Shown here one piece after another: positions 8,911-15,341 of a stretch of DNA of 32,000 bases. Position numbers and translations under genes: made by a program. The stretch covers positions 1,530,001-1,562,000 of the forward strand of contig NC_017448.1 in assembly GCF_000146505.1 (NCBI RefSeq). Direction: 5' to 3'. This DNA comes from Fibrobacter succinogenes subsp. succinogenes S85 (GTDB lineage: Bacteria; Fibrobacterota; Fibrobacteria; Fibrobacterales; Fibrobacteraceae). Position 1 is the first letter of the stretch; each line of letters opens with the position of its first letter. The notes under the pieces were generated by a model, which was not told the origin of the DNA, did no database searches, and saw only the letters and a list, made by a program, of their open reading frames with translations.

Positions 8911-11900
8911 ATGGCTGATTTTAGCAAATTCTTATTTTTTGATTTGGAATACAATCCCGAAACACAAAAGGTTCGGGAATACGGCTATATTCTAGGCGAA
9001 GAAGAAGTTCGTGAAAGAAATACTGCAAAACTAGAACAAGCAGCATCAAAAGCAAAATACATCGTAGGGCACAATGTACTTCGTCACGACGCCCCAATAC
9101 TCCGGCAATATTTTTCTATTGATTTTCCAAACATCCATGCGCTCGACACTTTAATGTTGTCATCGTTATTGTTTCCTCGCAAGCCTTACCACAAACTACG
9201 CAAGGAATATCTGCATAATGAAGACGAACCTTCGAACCCGTTGGAAGACACCAAGCTTTGCAAGAAGCTGTTAGAGGACTGCATTAAAAAATGGGATAAT
9301 TATCCGTGGCAGCTCCAATATCTACTATTTCAATTTCTAAAAAACGAGCCTGGTTTTGCGCCATTTTTCGAACTTGTCGATACGCCAAATCCGATAAAAC
9401 TACGTTTAAAGCTGTCAGAAATACAACATTGGTTTACCGAAAACTACGAAAAAACGATATGCCTTCGCCAAAACTTTCAAAACGAATGGGCTGCATATCG
9501 TGCTGAATGGTGTTTTCTTTTAACACTTTTTCATGAAGAAGGGCCTAGCGATTACGTACCACATTGGGTGCGATACCAATATCCGCATCTTGAAAACATT
9601 TTGCATCGCAGGCGACTTGTTCCCTGTGGCAACCCGCAATGTCCTTATTGTTCCGAACAACTAAACTCCACCAAACAGTTAAAGAAATGGTTTGGTTTTG
9701 ACAATTTTCGTTCTTTTAACGGAGAACAAGTTCCTCTGCAACAACAAGTCGTCGAATCGGCAATGCGAGGAGAATCTTTGTTAGCGGTATTCCCGACTGG
9801 TGGCGGAAAATCCATGACGTTCCAGCTACCCGCATTAATTGCAGGAACACAAATAGGAGCGCTTACAGTTGTAATATCTCCTATTGTTGCACTAATGAAA
9901 GACCAAGTTGACGTACTCGAAAAACGAAGACAGATTGGAGACGCGGCCTACATAAACTCAATGCTATCGCCAGCCGAAAGAAAAGATGTCATTGAGAAAG
10001 TCAACAATGGCGAAAAGAATATTCTTTACATTTCACCAGAGTCATTGCGTTCCAATACGACATTCAATTTATTGAAGCACAGACGCGTAGAACGAATCGT
10101 CGTTGACGAGGCACACTGTTTTAGCGGTTGGGGACATGATTTTAGAGTCGACTATCTTTACTTAGCAGATTTTCTAAAAGATTTGCAAAAAGAAAAGAAT
10201 CTTGAAACTCCGATTCCCGTAAGTTGTTTTACGGCTACAGCAAAGCAATCTGTGGTAGACGATATTTGCAACTATTTCAAGGAACGTCTTAATCTTGATT
10301 TAATCAAGTTCATTAGCCCAGCCAAACGAACAAACCTGACATACAAAGTTCTTGAATCTTCGGAATCACCTAACGAACGTCGTAAACAATTAGTAAATGT
10401 TCTTCGTGATTACAATGGTCCTAAAATCATTTACGCATCCAAGGTCAAGACTACAGAATCTCTAGCCGAAGAATTACACAACCGCGGTTTTGCAAGTGCC
10501 TGCTATAATGGCAAAATGGAATCCGAAAAGAAGATGACCATTCAAGACCAATTCCAAAATGGTGAAGTCGACACAATGGTCGCAACAACCGCATTTGGAA
10601 TGGGCGTTGATAAAGACAATGTTGAGTTAGTTGCTCATTACGAAATTTCAAGTACGCTTGAAAATTATGTTCAAGAAGCGGGACGTGCAGGTCGTGATCC
10701 CAAATTGCAAGCAAGCTGTATTGCACTATTCAATCCAAAAGATCTCGACACAAATTTTCAAATTCTTCAGCAATCTAAACTTTCTGCACAAGAAATTTCT
10801 GCTGTTTGGCGAGTACTTAAAAAGGCAGCAGGTAATCAAAATCGTTTGATTATGTCGGCACTTGAAATTGCCGACCAATGCGGATGGACTGAAAAAGAAA
10901 CGGACGCCAGCGTTAACACAACAAAAGTCAAGCTAGCCATTCTCGTTTTGGAAGAACAAGGATTCCTAAAACGTAAACGCAATAGAACCCAAATGTACGG
11001 TTCTTCTATTACAGTAGAATCCGCAGAGCAAGCCCGAGAAGCTATAGGCTCCGATAAAATTGAAATTCTTAATTCGGTAGAAAGCATTGCATACCGAATC
11101 ATTCACCACATCATCAGCAAACGTTGGACACGATCTCCTGAATGCGCTCTTGACGAGCTCACTGTCAATCTAGGCTTAACAAGAGAGCAAGCCAACGACG
11201 GCTTACGTTTGCTGCGTTCATTACACCTTCTTAATGAAGACGATGACTGGAGCGCAAGATTACAAAGAAAAGGGAACGACACACCTCGTTCACTCTTAAA
11301 AGCGGCATACGAACTACAAGAGGAACTATTAAAAGCTTGTGAAGGCAAGGGAATTAACGATCGGTTTGTGTTAGACATGACCAAACTCAATTCCCTGTTG
11401 AACCAAAGAGGCGATGCAGTTGGTGCATCAACATCACGTCGCAATCTTTTCATATTCCGTGGTATTTTACGCTATTGGGCACATGAAAGTGTCGCCGAAA
11501 TTCATCTTGTAGAAGCGGGTCACCAAGTTTATCAAATTGAGTTTCTTGTTCCGCCTGAATCCGTCAAAGAAAATCTCAGAAAGCAATGGAAATTATTTGA
11601 CAAAGTCATTGACACCTTGATAGAAATGCAAAAGGAACAGACTCGCCAAAATGGAAATATTGTCTGGTTCTCTTTGAATGGCTTAATGAAAAGAATGTAC
11701 AAGGAAAAAGGTGAAATAGCTGTCGCTCGCATTGAGAAGCAAAAGCAGCTTGAATATGCACTTCTTTTCTTACATCTTGTTGGTTCTATCACGCTAGATC
11801 ATGGTCTTGTTGTTTTCTATACCGGACTTGTCATGGAATTAAATCCAGAGGCAAAGCAACGGAATTTCACAGCCAAAGATTTTGAAATGCTCAACACTCA

Positions 11901-13878
11901 TTATAAGCACAAGGCTGAAGCTATTCACATTGTTGGCGAATATGCAAAGATGATGCTTATTGATGAAAAAGCGGCACAACAATTGCTAGACGATTACTTC
12001 GTCATGGATATAGCGGATTTCCGTCTAAAATATATGCAAGGCATAGAACAGATGGAATCCGTATCCGATGAATTAAAACGAAAAATAGAAAGTGTCAATG
12101 ACGAACAGCGCAAGATTATCAAAAGCCGTAAAAAGCACATTCTCGTAGGTGCAGGTCCAGGCTCGGGAAAAACGCACTTACTCGTCCATAAAGTAGCCTC
12201 TCTTTTATGGATTGAAGAAGCAAAGCCAGATTCAATCTTGTGTCTAACATATACTCGCGCAGCATGTCGCGAGCTGAAGAAACGTTTATTCGATTTAGCA
12301 GGCCCTTTAGCAGCAAAGGTAAATATCACCACCTTCCATTCGCTCGCCTTTTCAATTTTAGGAGTACAAGGAAACAAAAAAGCGCTTGAAAATGCAGACG
12401 ATGTCGTATCCAAAGCAGCAGAGCTTTTAGAATCAGGCGAAGAAGCCGGTGTAGGAGCACCCACAGTTATCTTGGTCGACGAATTTCAGGACCTATCCGC
12501 AGGAGAATATCGCTTATTACGAGCCCTATATGATTTAGGAGAAAAAGATCCTCGCGTTATCGTAGTTGGCGATGACGATCAAAGTATTTTCGCGTTCCGA
12601 GGAAGTTCCTCCGAATACTTCCAAAAATTTGCCGACGAATTTCCTAATACAGAAAAATTCTATCTAACAACTAATTACCGTTCCGTTGCTGGTCTCGTCC
12701 GAGCAAATGCAAAATTACTCGAATTGATGACAGAACGCGTAAAAGAAGGTTCTCAACAACTCGCTTTAAAGCATAGCCAAGCCGAGCTTGCATTTTACGA
12801 AGAAGGAGACAAGGCAACTGCAGCATTCGGCGCAGCTGAAATTCTTGCACAAAAATTCAAATCAAATCCAACTGAGTCTTACTGCATTTTAACCCGAGAA
12901 AATGCAGAAGCGTTCTTGGCTGCAGCGAAGCTTGAAGAAAAACAAGTTCCATATCGAATGTTAAAAGGCCGAGATAAGGACAAATGCCCCATTGAGAAGA
13001 CTCGAGAAATTTTAGGTTTCTACGCCATTCTTCAAGAAGATCCAAGAGTGGGAAAATTTCCGTGGAGCGCAAAAGAATTTAAACGCATAGCCGAGGACTA
13101 TAAAACAAGCCACCCAACAGAAAGCTCCTTTGAACTTTTAGATGCACTAATAGATGATTTTATCGAAACAGAAACTGCTTGTGGTGAAGATTCTATTACT
13201 CTAGGCGACTTCAATCAATATTTAAGCGAAGTATCTTACAGCGATTTTTCATCAAAAAACATGGGCGCAGTTTCTATTGGAACAATGCATAGTGCAAAAG
13301 GACTTGAATGGGATAATGTTATTCTCGCATTAGGCTCTTGGGTTCTGAAAGATGCCGATGAAAAGAAGGCTCAGGAAAATTATCGCTTGCTATATGTCGC
13401 AGCCACCCGTGCAAAGAAAAGCCTAACTATTATCGGCGATGAGAAAATGCTACCACATGAATGGATTAGCCACTTTGCAAAACAAGGTAAAGTCAATAGT
13501 GTAAAAATTCCGAATGTTTTGCACATTGAAACAGGACTCAGTGATGTCAATCTTGGGCATCTTCTTGAAAATGAAAAAAACAGAAATCGAGTTCGATATA
13601 TTCAAAGCAAACTTGAAACATCATCCCTACAAAGCGATGTCAGCGTAAATTTCAGTCAAGAATTTCACAACTACAATACAAATATTAACGGAAGGCTGAT
13701 TGCGGCATTCTCTAACGACTTTTCAAAAAAATGTATCGCATACCTGCAAAGGTACGGCTATAAACCTACTACTACAGCAACTCTTTCACAAGTTGTTCGC
13801 TGGACATCTGATGATGGTCAAGAAACATGGGTGCCACTATTTAGGGTGGAATTTGCTAAGGATTCTATCAACAAATAG
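8911..13878 (+). CDS. 1655-aa multidomain protein: DnaQ/DEDD exonuclease-like N-terminus + RecQ-family SF2 helicase core + UvrD/PcrA-family SF1 helicase core + unassigned C-terminus
   Basis: Exo-like: FFDLEY (8935-8952), GHNVLRHDAPIL, LDTLML, NPLEDT. RecQ core: FGFDNFRSF..Q, PTGGGKS (Walker A ~9796-9813), ISPIVALMKDQV, VVDEAHCFSGWGHDFR (DEAH 10105-10116), FTATA, TTAFGMGVDKDNV, QEAGRAGRD. UvrD core: GAGPGSGKT (12151-12174), LTYTRAACRELKKR, TFHS, LVDEFQD (12478-12492), VGDDDQSIFAFRGS, TNYRS, TMHSAKGLEWDNV, LLYVAATRAKKSL. No Shine-Dalgarno sequence is visible before the ATG. Confidence 0.9.
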   Translation: MADFSKFLFFDLEYNPETQKVREYGYILGEEEVRERNTAKLEQAASKAKYIVGHNVLRHDAPILRQYFSIDFPNIHALDTLMLSSLLFPRKPYHKLRKEYLHNEDEPSNPLEDTKLCKKLLEDCIKKWDNYPWQLQYLLFQFLKNEPGFAPFFELVDTPNPIKLRLKLSEIQHWFTENYEKTICLRQNFQNEWAAYRAEWCFLLTLFHEEGPSDYVPHWVRYQYPHLENILHRRRLVPCGNPQCPYCSEQLNSTKQLKKWFGFDNFRSFNGEQVPLQQQVVESAMRGESLLAVFPTGGGKSMTFQLPALIAGTQIGALTVVISPIVALMKDQVDVLEKRRQIGDAAYINSMLSPAERKDVIEKVNNGEKNILYISPESLRSNTTFNLLKHRRVERIVVDEAHCFSGWGHDFRVDYLYLADFLKDLQKEKNLETPIPVSCFTATAKQSVVDDICNYFKERLNLDLIKFISPAKRTNLTYKVLESSESPNERRKQLVNVLRDYNGPKIIYASKVKTTESLAEELHNRGFASACYNGKMESEKKMTIQDQFQNGEVDTMVATTAFGMGVDKDNVELVAHYEISSTLENYVQEAGRAGRDPKLQASCIALFNPKDLDTNFQILQQSKLSAQEISAVWRVLKKAAGNQNRLIMSALEIADQCGWTEKETDASVNTTKVKLAILVLEEQGFLKRKRNRTQMYGSSITVESAEQAREAIGSDKIEILNSVESIAYRIIHHIISKRWTRSPECALDELTVNLGLTREQANDGLRLLRSLHLLNEDDDWSARLQRKGNDTPRSLLKAAYELQEELLKACEGKGINDRFVLDMTKLNSLLNQRGDAVGASTSRRNLFIFRGILRYWAHESVAEIHLVEAGHQVYQIEFLVPPESVKENLRKQWKLFDKVIDTLIEMQKEQTRQNGNIVWFSLNGLMKRMYKEKGEIAVARIEKQKQLEYALLFLHLVGSITLDHGLVVFYTGLVMELNPEAKQRNFTAKDFEMLNTHYKHKAEAIHIVGEYAKMMLIDEKAAQQLLDDYFVMDIADFRLKYMQGIEQMESVSDELKRKIESVNDEQRKIIKSRKKHILVGAGPGSGKTHLLVHKVASLLWIEEAKPDSILCLTYTRAACRELKKRLFDLAGPLAAKVNITTFHSLAFSILGVQGNKKALENADDVVSKAAELLESGEEAGVGAPTVILVDEFQDLSAGEYRLLRALYDLGEKDPRVIVVGDDDQSIFAFRGSSSEYFQKFADEFPNTEKFYLTTNYRSVAGLVRANAKLLELMTERVKEGSQQLALKHSQAELAFYEEGDKATAAFGAAEILAQKFKSNPTESYCILTRENAEAFLAAAKLEEKQVPYRMLKGRDKDKCPIEKTREILGFYAILQEDPRVGKFPWSAKEFKRIAEDYKTSHPTESSFELLDALIDDFIETETACGEDSITLGDFNQYLSEVSYSDFSSKNMGAVSIGTMHSAKGLEWDNVILALGSWVLKDADEKKAQENYRLLYVAATRAKKSLTIIGDEKMLPHEWISHFAKQGKVNSVKIPNVLHIETGLSDVNLGHLLENEKNRNRVRYIQSKLETSSLQSDVSVNFSQEFHNYNTNINGRLIAAFSNDFSKKCIAYLQRYGYKPTTTATLSQVVRWTSDDGQETWVPLFRVEFAKDSINK

Positions 13879-13964
13879 CGAAATTTACTCCCCACTTGTT
13901 TTTCCATACCGTGTTTTGTATATTCTCCAATAGTCAAGCTATAGTGGCAGGATAAACCTGCGAC

Positions 13965-14005
13965 AAGCCGTATTTCTTATATCTAAAGGAATACGGCTTT
14001 TTTTG
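13965..14005 (+). terminator. Rho-independent terminator after the giant helicase gene
   Basis: Perfect 10-bp stem AAGCCGTATT (13965-13974) / AATACGGCTT (13990-13999) with a 15-nt loop, followed directly by a T-run (14000-14004). Confidence 0.7.
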
Positions 14006-14019
14006 TTATAAGGAGAAAA

Positions 14020-15009
14020 ATGAACAAAAAGACCGAGAATGCAGATATCATCGTCCAGAATCCACTCGTCAATTCATCCGTGGAAAAGATGATTCAAGTT
14101 ATCCGCGAGAAACAAGTTCTACTAGACCGTGATTTAGCAACGCTTTATGGGGTAGAAACAAAAGCGCTAAACCAAGCGGTTAAGCGAAATCAAGAACGTT
14201 TTCCTGAAAGAAACTGCTTTATGTTGAAAAAAGAAGAAATTCCCGAATCTTTAAAGTCACAATTTGTGACTTTAAACGAGAGTGGGAACAAACGAGGCTT
14301 ACACATCAAAAAAATGCCCTACGCCTTTACAGAACAAGGAGTTGCAATGCTTGCATCAGTATTGCGTAGCGATACTGCCATTCGTGTATCCCTCCAAATC
14401 ATGGACGCATTTGTCGAAATGCGACACACTCTGATGCAAAACGGAGGTTTGGTCCGTCGCCTATCCAATCTCGAGACAACAGTTTTAGACCAAGGCGCCA
14501 AAATCGTCGACCACGACCGTAAACTAGATGAACTCTTCGAGGTAATGGACAGAAGCGAACTCCAGACAAAAGGGCTATACTACAACAACCAGATGTTCGA
14601 CGCCTATGTATTCGTTTGCGGATTGATCCGACAAGCAAAAAAGCGAATTGTCCTTGTAGACCGCTATGTAGACGAAAAAGTGCTCGCCATGATGCTCAAG
14701 CGCAATAAAGGAGTGTCGGTAACAATATACACCTACGACAAAAGCAAGGTATTCGAAGTTGATTTAGCAACATATAACGCTCAGTACATCGATTGTCCTA
14801 TAAAAATACTGCCAAGTTACGGCATGCACGACCGATTTTTGTTTATTGACGACTCTGCTTATCATTTTGGCGCATCCCTGAAAGATTTAGGTGCAAACAC
14901 ATTCTTTTTCAGCAAAGAAGAATTCACATTAGACGAAGTACTGAAAAAATCTGAGGAAAAGCGACATCTACTAGAGCACTTAGCAACCGAACCGTCAAGG
15001 AATACTTGA
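14020..15009 (+). CDS. ORF6N-domain (KilA-N-related DNA-binding) protein with PLD-like C-terminal domain carrying an HxR variant of the HKD motif
   Basis: AAGGAG precedes ATG 14020. The N-terminal half (IQVIREKQVLLDRDLATLYGVETKALNQAVKRNQERFPE..CFMLKKEE...MPYAFTEQGVAMLASVLRSDTAIRVSLQIMDAFVEMR) matches the ORF6N pattern. The C-terminal motif HDRFLFIDDSAYHFGASLKDLG (14827-14892) has the spacing H-x-[K>R]-x4-D-x6-G-[A]S. Confidence 0.8.
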   Translation: MNKKTENADIIVQNPLVNSSVEKMIQVIREKQVLLDRDLATLYGVETKALNQAVKRNQERFPERNCFMLKKEEIPESLKSQFVTLNESGNKRGLHIKKMPYAFTEQGVAMLASVLRSDTAIRVSLQIMDAFVEMRHTLMQNGGLVRRLSNLETTVLDQGAKIVDHDRKLDELFEVMDRSELQTKGLYYNNQMFDAYVFVCGLIRQAKKRIVLVDRYVDEKVLAMMLKRNKGVSVTIYTYDKSKVFEVDLATYNAQYIDCPIKILPSYGMHDRFLFIDDSAYHFGASLKDLGANTFFFSKEEFTLDEVLKKSEEKRHLLEHLATEPSRNT

Positions 15010-15031
15010 CAGTTCAGGCGTTATACAAGAA

Positions 15032-15058
15032 AGTAATAAGCAGTTTTTGCATATTACT
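15032..15058 (+). terminator. Hairpin downstream of the ORF6N gene (weak terminator candidate)
   Basis: AGTAATAAGCA (15032-15042) pairs with TGCATATTACT (15048-15058): an 11-bp stem with one mismatch and a short T-rich loop. The tail is only CTTTC, so this is weak. Confidence 0.35.
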
Positions 15059-15082
15059 CTTTCAAAATTCAATCGGATAAAG

Positions 15083-15177
15083 TCCCAAAAGTGACATTTT
15101 TTACGAGATTTTGGGAAATTATCCATCAAAAATAGCCGATAATTCCCCAAATCTCAAAATTTTAGTAAGATTTGGGA
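15083..15177. repeat. Array of four TTTGGGA(A)-type half-sites in alternating orientation, including an imperfect ~18-bp inverted repeat
   Basis: TCCCAAAA 15083-15090 (-), TTTTGGGA 15109-15116 (+), TCCCCAAA 15144-15151 (-, imperfect), TTTGGGA 15171-15177 (+). GAGATTTTGGGAAATTATC (15105-15123) is an imperfect inverted repeat of GATAATTCCCCAAATCTC (15138-15155). Confidence 0.5.
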
Positions 15178-15246
15178 ATTTATGTATTCAAAAAATGGAA
15201 ATCACAAATTGCGATATCCATGCTTTTTTCCAATTATTTTCGATCT

Positions 15247-15282
15247 TTATTGGACATTTAATGGACATTTTATTGGACATTC
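15247..15282 (+). repeat. Three tandem copies of a 12-13-bp unit TTA(T/A)TGGACATT(T/C) upstream of scpA
   Basis: The core TGGACATT occurs at 15251-15258, 15262-15269 and 15274-15281, spaced 11 and 12 bp (about one helical turn). The last copy ends about 60 bp upstream of the scpA ATG. Confidence 0.6.
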
Positions 15283-15341
15283 CACAATAGCGCATGATAA
15301 TCCGCCTAGCTCCCCCCGTCTAATTTCTATATTATCGTTCA

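Noticed and set aside
15247-15282. The TGGACATT x3 array as a mini CRISPR or other spacer-repeat locus
   Set aside because: The units are only 12-13 bp and directly abutting, with no unique spacers and no cas genes. It is better described as an iteron-like binding array.
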